From: Opitutia bacterium
GTDB taxonomy: Bacteria; Verrucomicrobiota; Verrucomicrobiia; Opitutales; T3Sed10-336
NCBI GenBank assembly: GCA_003558065.1
Contig: PWMU01000007.1
Span: 8,894 to 72,893 of the forward strand
Direction: 5' to 3'
Length of the DNA stretch: 64,000 bases
Position 1 is the first letter of the stretch. Every line of letters starts with the position of its first letter. The notes below the pieces were generated by a model, which worked only from the letters and a program-made list of their open reading frames with translations, was not told where the DNA came from and made no database searches. Positions 1 to 9,650 of the stretch are shown one piece after another. The position numbers and the translations under genes are program-made.

Positions 1-1
1 C

Positions 2-1201
2 CGCGCTCATCACGCGGAAATCGGCGGGGTGTGGCCGGGGTCCATGCCTCCTGACGCCCGTTGCCTGGCCGAAGAGGGCGTGGTGATTCCGCCGATGTAC
101 CTGTTTCGAAAAGGCCGCGAACGGTACGGGAACGTGACGCGGCTGTTGCGCGAAAGCGAGTACCCGACCCGACGACCGGAGGAGAACCTGGCTGACCTCA
201 ACGCCCAGGCGGCGGCGAATTTTCGGGGTGCGCGAGCCCTTGCAGCTCTCGCGGAAGCACACGGTGCGGAAACACTGCGCCATTACTGGCGCGCCCTTAA
301 ACGCCAGAGTGCGGAAGCGCTTCGCGGCCGCCTGGACCGGCTGCCTCCGGGCGAGTATCGGGGGCGGCAGGAGCTCGACGACCGGACTCCGTTGAACGTG
401 ACCCTGCGACTGTCCTCCGGCGGCGTGGAGGTCGATTTCACCGGGACGGGCGATGTCCATTCCGGCAATTTCAACGCGACTCCGGGAATCGTGCACAGCG
501 CCGTGATTTACGTATTGAGACTTTTGATACAGGATCCGATTCCCTTGAACGAAGGGTTGATGGAGAGCGTGACCGTCAGTCTTCCCCGGGGCCTGCTTAA
601 CCCGGATTTCGGCAACGATCCGCGAAAGGCGCCTGCGGTGGTTGCCGGGAACGTTGAGACCAGTCAGCGCCTGGTGGATGCGCTGTTGCTGGCCCTGGAT
701 CTGGTTGCGTGCAGCCAGGGGACCATGAACAACCTGGTTTTCGGCAACGACCGGCTCAGCTTCTATGAAACCCTCGGCGGGGGAAGCGGCGCGGGGCCGG
801 GGTTTGACGGGACGGGCGGCGTGCACACGCACATGACCAATACGGCGGTGACGGATCCCGAGATCCTGGAATTCCGTTATCCGGTCCGTCTGGAACGTTT
901 TGAGTTGAGGCGGGGTTCCGGGGGGCGCGGGCGGCGCCGGGGCGGGGACGGGTTGGTGCGCGAGTTGCTGTTTCTCGAACCGATGTCCCTTTCCCTGTTG
1001 ACCCAGCACCGTACCGCAGGTCCGTACGGGCTGGGAGGAGGAGAACCCGGGGCCCCGGGGAGACAGGTGCTGGTTCGGGCGGCGGGGGACGAGGAAATAC
1101 TCCCCTTCGTGGCCAGGGCGGAGGTTGCGCAAGGGGATCGATTAATACTGGCGACTCCGGGCGGGGGCGGTTATGGTTCAGGAAGGGAGGCTGAGGAATG
1201 A
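2..1201 (+). CDS. 5-oxoprolinase / hydantoinase B family, C-terminal part (5' end outside window)
   Basis: Frame open from base 2: RAHHAEIGGVWPGSMP, VAGNVETSQRLVDALL, SQGTMNN, YETLGGGSGAG, HTHMTNT..TDPEILE, TPGGGGYG are hydantoinase B/oxoprolinase motifs. Confidence 0.9.
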   Translation, partial: RAHHAEIGGVWPGSMPPDARCLAEEGVVIPPMYLFRKGRERYGNVTRLLRESEYPTRRPEENLADLNAQAAANFRGARALAALAEAHGAETLRHYWRALKRQSAEALRGRLDRLPPGEYRGRQELDDRTPLNVTLRLSSGGVEVDFTGTGDVHSGNFNATPGIVHSAVIYVLRLLIQDPIPLNEGLMESVTVSLPRGLLNPDFGNDPRKAPAVVAGNVETSQRLVDALLLALDLVACSQGTMNNLVFGNDRLSFYETLGGGSGAGPGFDGTGGVHTHMTNTAVTDPEILEFRYPVRLERFELRRGSGGRGRRRGGDGLVRELLFLEPMSLSLLTQHRTAGPYGLGGGEPGAPGRQVLVRAAGDEEILPFVARAEVAQGDRLILATPGGGGYGSGREAEE

Positions 1202-1845
1202 TGATGGAGAGGGACGAGGATTTTCGTGAGCGGCGACGCCGGATGGTGGAGGATCAGATCGTGCGCCGCGGCGTTCGGGATGAAAGGGTATTGGAAGCGA
1301 TGCGCCGGGTTCCCCGGCATCCGTTCGTTCCTGAAGATCTGCGGGACCGGGCCTATGAGGACCATCCGTTGTCGATCGGCGAGGGACAAACCATTTCGCA
1401 GCCCTATGTGGTGGCGTTTATGACCGAGCAACTGAGCCTGAAGGGACACGAGCGGGTGCTCGAGATCGGTTCCGGCTGCGGGTACCAGACGGCGGTGCTG
1501 GCCGCCATGTGCGCCCGTGTCTATGCCATTGAATACTTCGCTTCGCTGGCTTCGCGCGCATCAGTCACTCTCGAATCCCTGGGGATCGACAATGTGACTT
1601 TGAGGAAGGGGGACGGGAACCACGGCTGGCCGGAGGAGGCGCCGTTCGATGCGGTGCTGGTCGCTGCCGCGGCCCCGGCGCTGCCGCCGGCTCTGGTGGA
1701 TCAAATGGTGGAAGGAGGAAGAATGGTGCTGCCTCTGGGCGACTGCCGGCAATCGTTGACCCTGGTGGAGAAAACCACTTCCGGAATTCGCACGACGGAC
1801 GTTCTCGGGGTTCGTTTTGTGCCGCTGCTGGGCGGGCGGGGATGA
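1198..1845 (+). CDS. pcm: Protein-L-isoaspartate O-methyltransferase
   Basis: VPRHPFVP, AYEDHPLSIGEGQTISQPYVVA, VLEIGSGCGYQTAVLA, GWPEEAPFDA, VRFVPL; ATGA overlap with upstream stop. Confidence 0.95.
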   Translation: MMMERDEDFRERRRRMVEDQIVRRGVRDERVLEAMRRVPRHPFVPEDLRDRAYEDHPLSIGEGQTISQPYVVAFMTEQLSLKGHERVLEIGSGCGYQTAVLAAMCARVYAIEYFASLASRASVTLESLGIDNVTLRKGDGNHGWPEEAPFDAVLVAAAAPALPPALVDQMVEGGRMVLPLGDCRQSLTLVEKTTSGIRTTDVLGVRFVPLLGGRG

Positions 1846-2049
1846 TCACGGGGGGCGATCGTTTTCCCGCGCCGCGAAGCGGCCTGGAGGGCGGTGCCGG
1901 ACCGCCGCCGCGACAGGTGTTTCGTAGTGCGGCCGATCGTCCTCAGGCGACGGCTCGAGCGGAAGTTTCCACCAGGAACCGGGAACGTTCCCCTGGCCGA
2001 CCTCACTCGGCGGTTGCGAATCGGCGGCAGGTGTTTATGGTCAGTCGGT

Positions 2050-2604
2050 ATGGTTAATCAGGAAGTCACATTGACCCGGGATTGCCCGGCGACACTCATT
2101 CCCGCCGGCGACTCGGTGACCCTTCCCGAAGGGGCGCGCGTCTTTGTCTCTCAGGCTCTCGGAGGCACCGTTACCGTCCGGGCCGATTCCGGCCTCTTTC
2201 GGATCGCCGGGAAGGATCTTGACGCGCTGGGTGAAGGAGCGGCTGAAGCTCTCAAGGAGGAAGAGAGGTCGGGCGAAGGGGAGCCCGGGGAGTTCAGCGA
2301 GGGGCAGCTTTGGGAGGCGCTCAAGACCTGTTTCGACCCGGAGATCCCCATCAATATCGTGGACCTGGGGTTGATTTACGATCTGCAGGCCCGGGAAACT
2401 TCGGGAGGCCGGCACGAGGTTTCCGTGAAAATGACCCTCACCGCGCAGGGCTGCGGGATGGGCCCGGTTATCGCCGATGACGCGCGCTCGAAACTCGAGG
2501 CTTTGCCCGAGGTGGAGTCCGCTCAAGTGGCTATCGTCTGGGATCCGGTCTGGACGCCGCAGATGATCTCGGAGGAAGGTCGCAGGAAGCTCGGGATCGA
2601 GTAG
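2050..2604 (+). CDS. sufT: Fe-S cluster assembly protein SufT (DUF59 / PaaD-like)
   Basis: QALGGTVTV N-domain plus DPEIPINIVDLGLIY and MTLTAQGCGMG, WDPVWTPQMISE; start placed at ATG 2050. Confidence 0.88.
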   Translation: MVNQEVTLTRDCPATLIPAGDSVTLPEGARVFVSQALGGTVTVRADSGLFRIAGKDLDALGEGAAEALKEEERSGEGEPGEFSEGQLWEALKTCFDPEIPINIVDLGLIYDLQARETSGGRHEVSVKMTLTAQGCGMGPVIADDARSKLEALPEVESAQVAIVWDPVWTPQMISEEGRRKLGIE

Positions 2605-2620
2605 AGCGGGGCCGGATTGA

Positions 2621-3934
2621 TCATTCGGGCACCGTGACTTTGAAGGTGATTTCTCCGCGGCTGTCCCTCGTGAGGGAGTGGCGTCCCGGGTCCTCCTGAG
2701 GGAAGTCTTCGTTCCGGATGGTTTCGCCGCCGCCGTCGATGCCGTCGGGCCCGAGGCTGTAGATGACGAAACCGTTGTTGAGTTTCCGATATCGCAATGG
2801 CTCGTCGCTGGAGAAGGGATCCAGGGGAACCCGCTTCAGGTTTTCCGGGGACAGGGCGTCTGAAGAATCCGGATACTCTTTGCGGGTGAGGCGGTATTTT
2901 TCGACAGCGAGCGCGGTCAGAAGCAGCCGATTGACGGCCCTGGAGTGGAGGAAGAGAAGCCAGATCTCGTCGGCGTCGGCGAAGTCCCGTGCCAATCGGT
3001 CGTTGGGGCCGTCGCCGGGTACGGGCCAGTGCCGGATGCCTTCGGCGAAGGGTAATTCCACGGCTTCCAGGGCGCGGTCCCGGGTCTTGCGGGTGTTGGC
3101 GACCAAGCGTCCCTGGTGAAGGCGAAACATCAACCAGTATTCGAGCAGAGGATCGAGGAGCGGCGTGTTCCGGGCGGTCCCGTCTTCTCTCCCCGGCAGG
3201 GCCGGATTCGAATCAAGATGCCTCCGGACGAACCTCCTCCGCCAGTCTTCGGCCTCGAATTCCGAAAGCATTGTGTGAAGGCGAACCGTGGCATCCCATT
3301 CGAGAATGCTGGAGAACGGTACCGAGCGATCGATGATGGACTCCCAGTGCCGTAGTTCTTCGCGGGTGGCCGCCTCGGCAAGAAGGGGAATTTCCGGACC
3401 GAAGGTATTGGTGAGCGTCCCCTGGGCCGAAATTCCCGCGCGGGCCTCTTCCCGTGTGCCCGAATTGATGAAACGCTGACTGATCTCAAGCAGATCGAGA
3501 AACGCGTTCAGGGCGGCATTGAGGTTCTCTTCCTCAATCAGGAGCCGGATCTTCTCCCGGTAGAGCAGGGCGAGGTCACCCAGTTTCGGGGTGAGGGACG
3601 ACTCGGGATTCGCGGAAGGCCCTGCAGGGGGGCCGAACGGGCGTTGCAGGGATTGTTGAACCAGCTCGAAAACAGGGCGGTAATGAGTCTCCAATTCGCG
3701 CCGGTCTTTGGCGGTGTCGACAGGCGCGAGAATGGGATCCGGCCCCGCCGCTTCCAGCAACCTCAAGGCGTCCATGAGGAAGGCGCGGCCATCGGGTTCC
3801 CGTGTTTCGGGGACAACGACCGGGGGAATCCAGGGGGTCCGGTTGCCGTCGTGTATCCACCATGCGGCTGCCGATCCCGCCAGAGCGACGATCGCGGCGA
3901 AATAAAGAACGAGAAGTCTGAGTTCCTTCTGCAT
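2621..3934 (-). CDS. Membrane-anchored hypothetical protein with pseudopilin/GspG-like C-terminal domain
   Basis: N-terminal hydrophobic helix (LLVLYFAAIVALAG); C-terminus ALAVEKYRL..YPDS..L.P..LKRVPLDPF..PLRY....GFVIYSLGPDGIDGGG resembles GspG C-terminal segments. Confidence 0.7.
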   Translation of the reverse strand: MQKELRLLVLYFAAIVALAGSAAAWWIHDGNRTPWIPPVVVPETREPDGRAFLMDALRLLEAAGPDPILAPVDTAKDRRELETHYRPVFELVQQSLQRPFGPPAGPSANPESSLTPKLGDLALLYREKIRLLIEEENLNAALNAFLDLLEISQRFINSGTREEARAGISAQGTLTNTFGPEIPLLAEAATREELRHWESIIDRSVPFSSILEWDATVRLHTMLSEFEAEDWRRRFVRRHLDSNPALPGREDGTARNTPLLDPLLEYWLMFRLHQGRLVANTRKTRDRALEAVELPFAEGIRHWPVPGDGPNDRLARDFADADEIWLLFLHSRAVNRLLLTALAVEKYRLTRKEYPDSSDALSPENLKRVPLDPFSSDEPLRYRKLNNGFVIYSLGPDGIDGGGETIRNEDFPQEDPGRHSLTRDSRGEITFKVTVPE

Positions 3935-4007
3935 GCGCGTGCTCCATTCAACCTGACACCGGCAATTCAAGCGACCTGTAAACGGGTTTTCGGATTCAGT
4001 GACGCTA

Positions 4008-4910
4008 CTATTCCCGGCGCAGGACGATCCATGCGCCCGCACCCACCAGGACGGCGGCGGCGTAAAAGGCGGGTGCTGGGATTTCGGTGAAAATGAAGTA
4101 GGCCATGGCGCCGGCGAAGATGAACTGGCAGAGATTCACCACGCTGACAACCTGGCCTCGAAAGTGTTTCAGGGAATGGTTGAGAATCGAATGGCCCATG
4201 ATCGTCGGAACAAGAGCCAGGGCGAGGAGGAGTCCGTATTCCTTCAGCGGATGCCCGACGAGCGGGAGCCCCATCGCGATCGCGACCGCGAGGCAAATGA
4301 TCCCGGCCATCCAATAGAGCGGAATCAGGTAAAGCCAGATATTGTGAAAATCCCGGTTGCGGCGTCCCAGGGCGAGGTAGAAAGCGAACAGGAGCATCGA
4401 CCCGAAACAGACAAAATCCCCGAAAAGAAGGGCGGGATCGAGGGTGTAGTCCGATAGGCCGATCAGGACCACTCCGGCCAGGGCGAAAACCGTTCCGGCG
4501 ATCTCACGGCCGTGAATGCGTTCCCTCAGCATTGCGAGAAGGATGAAAGGCATGACCAGCGGCACCATGTTGACGATGAGGCTGGCATTGGCGGCAAAGG
4601 TCAGCCGTGCGCCGAGTGCCCAGGAAATAAAATGCAGAGCGAGAAGCAGGGCGGGGACAAAGGACCGCTTGAGGTGTTCGAAACGGTAAGTGGTTCTTTC
4701 CCGGCGAAGGTGGTAGAAAAAAACCGGCGTGAGGACCGCGGATGCAATAAGCAGGCGGTAGGCGGCGAGGAGGACGGGATGCGTCTCGCTCGCTTTGATC
4801 ATGATCACTGCGGTCGAGCACGCGAAGACCCCGAATAGCAGCCAGAGCGCCGGGAGAATGAGAGACCGTGCCTGTGCGGGAGCGGTGGCCTTTTCGGTTG
4901 AAACGGTCAT
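4008..4910 (-). CDS. DMT/EamA family transporter
   Basis: 300 aa, about 10 hydrophobic helices in two repeats; AAYRLLIA, LALHFISW, PTIMGHSILN. Confidence 0.85.
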   Translation of the reverse strand: MTVSTEKATAPAQARSLILPALWLLFGVFACSTAVIMIKASETHPVLLAAYRLLIASAVLTPVFFYHLRRERTTYRFEHLKRSFVPALLLALHFISWALGARLTFAANASLIVNMVPLVMPFILLAMLRERIHGREIAGTVFALAGVVLIGLSDYTLDPALLFGDFVCFGSMLLFAFYLALGRRNRDFHNIWLYLIPLYWMAGIICLAVAIAMGLPLVGHPLKEYGLLLALALVPTIMGHSILNHSLKHFRGQVVSVVNLCQFIFAGAMAYFIFTEIPAPAFYAAAVLVGAGAWIVLRRE

Positions 4911-5033
4911 GGATTCACGGACCGGGAAGCCCGCTCACCGTTATGGCCCGGGTTCCCGGGGAAAGGCAAGGTTTTGGGCGCTCCAGTGAAGCCCGTCGCG
5001 TTCGGACATGGGAAAACCCCTTGAGGCTCAGCC

Positions 5034-5055
5034 TTGAACCTCGAACCTTTGAACC
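5034..5055 (+). repeat. Heptamer array (TTGAACC/TCGAACC x3)
   Basis: ttgaacc tcgaacc t ttgaacc in the trxA-EamA intergenic region. Confidence 0.6.
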
Positions 5056-5082
5056 GTGCACCCGCCGCGGCGGCGCGGGGAT

Positions 5083-5409
5083 TCAGACGTGGGCGGCGAT
5101 CTTGCTCTTCAGATCCTCTTTGTTGGTCATGCCGACGATCTGTTCCACGACAGAACCGTTCTTGAACAGGAGGAGGGTGGGGATGGCGCGGACATTATGG
5201 TCCGAAGCGATCTCGCCGTTGTCGTCGATATTCACCTTGCAAATCCGCACCTGACCGTCCATTTCCCGCGCCAATTCCTCAAGAACCGGAGCGATCGCTT
5301 TGCAGGGACCGCACCAGGGCGCCCAGAAGTCGACCAGGACCGGTTTGTCGGCGGCGTCGACGGTTGTTTTGAAATTATCCGCGTTCAATTCCAGGATTTT
5401 GTCTGACAT
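5083..5409 (-). CDS. trxA: Thioredoxin
   Basis: VLVDFWAPWCGPCK active site, IPTLLLFKNG, 108 aa. Confidence 0.97.
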   Translation of the reverse strand: MSDKILELNADNFKTTVDAADKPVLVDFWAPWCGPCKAIAPVLEELAREMDGQVRICKVNIDDNGEIASDHNVRAIPTLLLFKNGSVVEQIVGMTNKEDLKSKIAAHV

Positions 5410-5418
5410 AATAAAACC

Positions 5419-6162
5419 TTAATACTTGGTGTAAAGAAGGTAGGCGAAGACAATCGCGACCGCTGCCGCGATCACGTCAACAGCGAGACCGGCAACGCTT
5501 CCCTTCGACTCGCTCGACTCGGCCGCTACAGGGGCGGCGCCCTCCTTCTGTGCGGCGGCGGCACCTGTTCTTTTCGGAGGGGGAGGCGGGCCGGGCGGCC
5601 GCGATTTTCCTCCCGGGGCGGAGGGCCGGGCCGGCTTCTGTTTCATGCGTGGCGGAGCGGAGGGGCTCTTGGGCGTCTCCGCGCTTTCCGGTTTCGCTCC
5701 AGGGGTGTCGTCTGCCTGGCCGGCCGCCGGAGGTTTTGGTTGGGCTCCCGCTCCGGCTGCCGCGGCGGCTTGAGAAGCCGCGGGGTCCGAACTCGCGGGC
5801 TGGGACTTCGGTTCCTCCCGGGCGGCGGATTCCTTCTTTTTCTGGTCGGAGTCGCCCGCGGGGGCGGGTTTCTCCTCGGAAGACGACTTCTCCTTGGATT
5901 CGGGCTGCCCGGAACGCTCCCCTTCCTGCCTGGAAAGTTTCAGGGGGCTCTTGCCGGAAGTGCTTTCACCGGAAGACGAACCGGCCGACTCGGAAGATGC
6001 CTTCGCTTCACCGCCCGAGGATTTCTCCTCACCCGACGAGGCCTGCGAATCGATTTTCTTATCCAGATCGTCCGGGAGTTCTCCCAGCTTGATGACCTTT
6101 TTCTTTTCCTCGTCCTCTTTCCGAGGTCCCTGGTTTTCTGGGGATTCGTCTTTGTTGCTCAT
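5419..6162 (-). CDS. Low-complexity disordered protein with single C-terminal transmembrane helix
   Basis: S/E/K/P/A-rich 247 aa ORF ending LAVDVIAAAVAIVFAYLLYTKY; co-directional, 9 bp from trxA. Confidence 0.75.
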   Translation of the reverse strand: MSNKDESPENQGPRKEDEEKKKVIKLGELPDDLDKKIDSQASSGEEKSSGGEAKASSESAGSSSGESTSGKSPLKLSRQEGERSGQPESKEKSSSEEKPAPAGDSDQKKKESAAREEPKSQPASSDPAASQAAAAAGAGAQPKPPAAGQADDTPGAKPESAETPKSPSAPPRMKQKPARPSAPGGKSRPPGPPPPPKRTGAAAAQKEGAAPVAAESSESKGSVAGLAVDVIAAAVAIVFAYLLYTKY

Positions 6163-6253
6163 GGTGCGTTAAGTAAACGTTGGATGATTGCCGATTGTCA
6201 AGCCAACCGGGTTTGACCGCTCGCCGTCCGCGGAATCGGGAACCGGCGAGCCG

Positions 6254-6493
6254 TCAGGGAGTGTTTTCGCTGATGATATCGTTGAGTTCTCCGGGGTCGG
6301 TTTCAGCGAGGGTTTTGCCTCGGCATCCCAGGTGTTCCACAGTCTTGATCGCGGTTTCGGCCAATCGCTCGTGGGTTTCCTCGGAGCCGCCGGCAATGAC
6401 GAAATCCTTCGCCTGGGTGATCCTCTTGTGCCCGTCTTCGTTATCGAGTCCAATACCCAGTAACAGCGCCTTCTTCGGTGGTTGATGGTTCAC
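6254..6493 (-). CDS. Small hypothetical protein (79 aa) coupled to scpA
   Basis: ATG overlaps scpA stop (ATGA); globular-looking LLGIGLDNEDGHKRIT..FVIAGGSEETHERLAE. Confidence 0.75.
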   Translation of the reverse strand: MNHQPPKKALLLGIGLDNEDGHKRITQAKDFVIAGGSEETHERLAETAIKTVEHLGCRGKTLAETDPGELNDIISENTP

Positions 6494-7275
6494 GCTTCCA
6501 ATGTCGCCGATGTTTCGGCATTTTCAAGCTCGTTTTCGGGGTCCGCCCGGCAGTGAATGTCGCTGAAGTTCTCCGTCTGTTCCACTTGCAGTTTTTTGAG
6601 GCGGACGAGTTCCAGGAGGGCGAGAAAGGTCGCGACAACCACCCGGATAGTGACGTGGTGATCCTCGTCGAACAGTGAGGAAAAAAGAAAGGCCCGCTGG
6701 CTCCTGCTCCGTTCGAGAAGCAATTCCATGCGGTCGGAGATCGTGACCTGCTCGGCGAGGATTTCGCCGGATACCAGTTTCTCGGAAAGGCGTTTGAGGA
6801 CCTGGTTGAAAGCGTACCAGAGTTCGAGTTTGTCCGAAGGTTTGAGCGGGCGCTCGTCGGCGGCCATTCTGCGTCCCGAATCAACCTGTCGAGGCACCAG
6901 ATTCGCCCGGAGCTCGGCGAGGTCGCGGATGTCGGACGCCGCTTTCTTGAACTTTTGATATTCAAGCAACTGGTGAACCAGTTCCCAGCGCGGATCGAAC
7001 TCATCGTCGGCTTCGGGATCTTCGGTTTGCTGGTGCTTCGGGAGCAGCATCCGGCTCTTGATTTCCATGAGCGTGGCCGCCATCACGAAAAACTCGCCGG
7101 CGACGTCCGGCCGGATTTCCTCCATGGCAGCCAGGATTCCGAGGTACTGCTCCGTAATCTTCTTGATAGGGATGTCGTAGATATCGATTTCCTGTTTCCG
7201 TATAAGGAACAGCAGCAGATCGAGGGGGCCTTCGAAAACGTTGAGTTTGACCGGATAATCGGCGTTGGTGATCAT
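6490..7275 (-). CDS. scpA: Segregation and condensation protein A (SMC kleisin)
   Basis: FEGPLDLLLFLIRKQEIDIYDIPI, FFVMAATLMEIKSRMLLP, TFLALLELV. Confidence 0.95.
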   Translation of the reverse strand: MITNADYPVKLNVFEGPLDLLLFLIRKQEIDIYDIPIKKITEQYLGILAAMEEIRPDVAGEFFVMAATLMEIKSRMLLPKHQQTEDPEADDEFDPRWELVHQLLEYQKFKKAASDIRDLAELRANLVPRQVDSGRRMAADERPLKPSDKLELWYAFNQVLKRLSEKLVSGEILAEQVTISDRMELLLERSRSQRAFLFSSLFDEDHHVTIRVVVATFLALLELVRLKKLQVEQTENFSDIHCRADPENELENAETSATLEA

Positions 7276-7421
7276 ATTCGGGTTATCAGAAGTTCGGATT
7301 CCGGAATGGTGAGGTGTCGGGGGGAGCGTGTCGAGGGGAGAGTGTCCGGTATCAGGTTTGAGTGATGGGCCGGGGCTCTTTCTGAGTCCGGAAGGAAACG
7401 CCGGCTACCGCGTCGGGGAAA

Positions 7422-9539
7422 TCAAAACCGGACCAGGGAGAGGGCCATGCCAAATTCGGCCGAGCTTTCGCGTTGGGCGCCGTTGCGGAGGGTAATCCGG
7501 TATTCGACGTCCCAGGTGTTCTGCAGAGTCTGGGTAATGGCGTACCGTTGTTCGGTAAAGAGGCTGACACGGGTATCGTAGCGGGCGTAGGCGTTGAAGC
7601 CGTAAACCTCATTGAAGCGGTACTGGTACCGTGCGGCGTACTGTTCGATGCGGTTTTCGAGGTAGTCGGTGCCGAGGGTGAGGGACCACACTTCGGTGTC
7701 GGTCAGGGTAAGGGCGGTGTTGGTTTCGCGGAGTTCCAGCCGTTCGGTGTCGAAGCGGTTGAACACATTGAAGCGCAACCAGTCAACCGGCGTGAGCACC
7801 ACCTCGCTGTGGAGGTCCGAGAATTCATCGTCCAGGCGGGCGAGGGGTTCTTCGCCTTCTTCGGGGGCCGGGCCGGGTGTGAAGCGCCAATCGGCGGCCA
7901 GAAACAGGGCGAGGAGGTCGCGCGAGCCGTAGTCGGGGTCGCGGGTCTGAAAATACTGGTCCAGACCGAGCCGCAGGGCGTGAATCTCGTTGAGTTCGTC
8001 AATATTGCGGATCCGTCCGAGACGAAGGGGTTGAAGCTGGGTGGAGTCGGCGCGCCGATCGATCGCGGGGATAACCTCGTCGCCCCGGTCCGCCTTGGGA
8101 ATGTAGCGATACTGGAGTTTCGGTTCCACCAGGTGACGGATTCCGTCGATTCGCCAGAACCTGTTCTGATAATCGTAAATGCCGTAGCCGTAAAAGTTGA
8201 CATCCATTCCAACCTCTCCGAGCCAGCGGGTGTAATCGTCCCGCTCGCCGTCGACCCGGTTGTAGTGGGTCATGCGCCCGCCGGCGGCGGGGGTGACGCT
8301 CATCCAGTCGGTGACTGCGACGGGCCGGTCGAGACCGTAAAAGACATCGAATCGGTCACTGCGCGTGGTCTCGAGCTGCAGCGGCCCCGGCGGGCGCTCC
8401 TGGAGGTGGGCGGCACTGGCCTGATAATTCTGGTAGATACCGCCGGCCAGGGGCCGGGTGAGACCGTCGACCCGGACTTCGGGCAGCCGTTCCTGGACGA
8501 GCTGAAAGTCGTTCGGGCGCGCCCGGGTGAAAAGGGAGAGGACCGTGTTGTCGCCGAGCATGGCTGCTTCGAGGAACGTGTCGGGTTCCTGTTCCCTCTC
8601 GAAGAGGGAGCGCCGGAAATCCCGTGTGACGGCGGAGTCGCTCCAGTCTTTGAACTGGGCGGTCACTTCGAGGTGCTCCTCGAAGAAGAACTTGTTCTGC
8701 CAGTCGACAAAATACCTGTGCCTGGAAATGTCCCGGCCGAGCAGGTCGGTACCGAGTTCGCCCTGGTCCACGATGTAGCCGGAACTGAACTCGCCGAATA
8801 CCTGGTAACGGTCGCCGGTCCAGTCGTAATCCGCCCCGGGACCGAAGAGGCCGCCGCGCCGGGTGTACCCGTCGAGATCCACGCCGACCCTCACGTCCTC
8901 GGCCACGGGCGCCCGCACTCCCAGTCGCACCCACGTCCCGAGAAACTTCTCGTAGCCGGCTCCCATTGTGACATCCGCCGGAAACTCCCTGGGTTCGAGT
9001 TCGAGGGCGTGCCAGTAGAAGAAGGGGACGCGCCCGACGCGCAGCGTGAGGTTCTCGGCCCTCATGCGCCGGTCCTCGTCGACGGAAGCCCTGCGGGCCC
9101 GGACGTTGGGCGAGAACGCCCGCGGCTCGTAAGCGTAGAAAACCGCGTCGGTGAAGCGGAGTTCCTCCGGCGTTCCCGAAACCTCCCGGCTTTCCAGGAA
9201 AAGGGGGAAATAACCGAATCGAATGTTTTCTCCCCGCGCCTGGCGGGTGGCGAGTTCGTAGGAAAGAAAATCCCCGACCAGCCGTCCGCTCCGGTATTGC
9301 ACCACGACGTTGTCGCGGGCGGTGGCGATCATTTTCTCCTGGTTGTAGATGATCTCGTTGGCGGTGAGGAAGCTGTCCTCATAGGTCAGGCGCGCGCTGC
9401 CGCGGGCGATCAATTCCTGCCGGCGGTGGTCGTATTCAATGGGGTCGTCCGAGATCAGTTCCAGCGCCTGCAGCGGACGGTTCGCGCCAACGGCAAACAG
9501 GAGAAGCAGAACGATGATGGCGCGCACGGTTTCAGACAC
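7422..9539 (-). CDS. lptD: LPS-assembly protein LptD
   Basis: Signal peptide, OstA-like N-domain (LIARGSARLTY..LTANEIIYN), RLPE motif, RHLVEPKLQYRYIP, beta-barrel ending in Phe. Confidence 0.85.
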   Translation of the reverse strand: MSETVRAIIVLLLLFAVGANRPLQALELISDDPIEYDHRRQELIARGSARLTYEDSFLTANEIIYNQEKMIATARDNVVVQYRSGRLVGDFLSYELATRQARGENIRFGYFPLFLESREVSGTPEELRFTDAVFYAYEPRAFSPNVRARRASVDEDRRMRAENLTLRVGRVPFFYWHALELEPREFPADVTMGAGYEKFLGTWVRLGVRAPVAEDVRVGVDLDGYTRRGGLFGPGADYDWTGDRYQVFGEFSSGYIVDQGELGTDLLGRDISRHRYFVDWQNKFFFEEHLEVTAQFKDWSDSAVTRDFRRSLFEREQEPDTFLEAAMLGDNTVLSLFTRARPNDFQLVQERLPEVRVDGLTRPLAGGIYQNYQASAAHLQERPPGPLQLETTRSDRFDVFYGLDRPVAVTDWMSVTPAAGGRMTHYNRVDGERDDYTRWLGEVGMDVNFYGYGIYDYQNRFWRIDGIRHLVEPKLQYRYIPKADRGDEVIPAIDRRADSTQLQPLRLGRIRNIDELNEIHALRLGLDQYFQTRDPDYGSRDLLALFLAADWRFTPGPAPEEGEEPLARLDDEFSDLHSEVVLTPVDWLRFNVFNRFDTERLELRETNTALTLTDTEVWSLTLGTDYLENRIEQYAARYQYRFNEVYGFNAYARYDTRVSLFTEQRYAITQTLQNTWDVEYRITLRNGAQRESSAEFGMALSLVRF

Positions 9540-9580
9540 TGAGCAGAGGAACTAGGGGCAGGCAGGGGCTGATTCAAGCC

Positions 9581-9618
9581 AAATAAAAAGGGCGGCAGGG
9601 AAAATTCCCCTGCCGCCC
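9581..9618 (-). terminator. Rho-independent terminator downstream of ferredoxin
   Basis: gggcggcaggg / ccctgccgccc 11-bp stem (9590-9618) followed on the minus strand by TTTTTATTT. Confidence 0.85.
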
Positions 9619-9650
9619 CGGATGAAAGGCGATTCCGTCGCGTCCGGCTG

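Noticed and set aside
7473-9542. 689-aa ORF antisense to lptD (similar long shadows at 19607-21556, 28081-29961, 30160-31716, 31560-32954, 49993-51489)
   Set aside because: In-register antisense frames of real genes; high GC3 codon usage removes stops on the opposite strand, and the products have no motifs.
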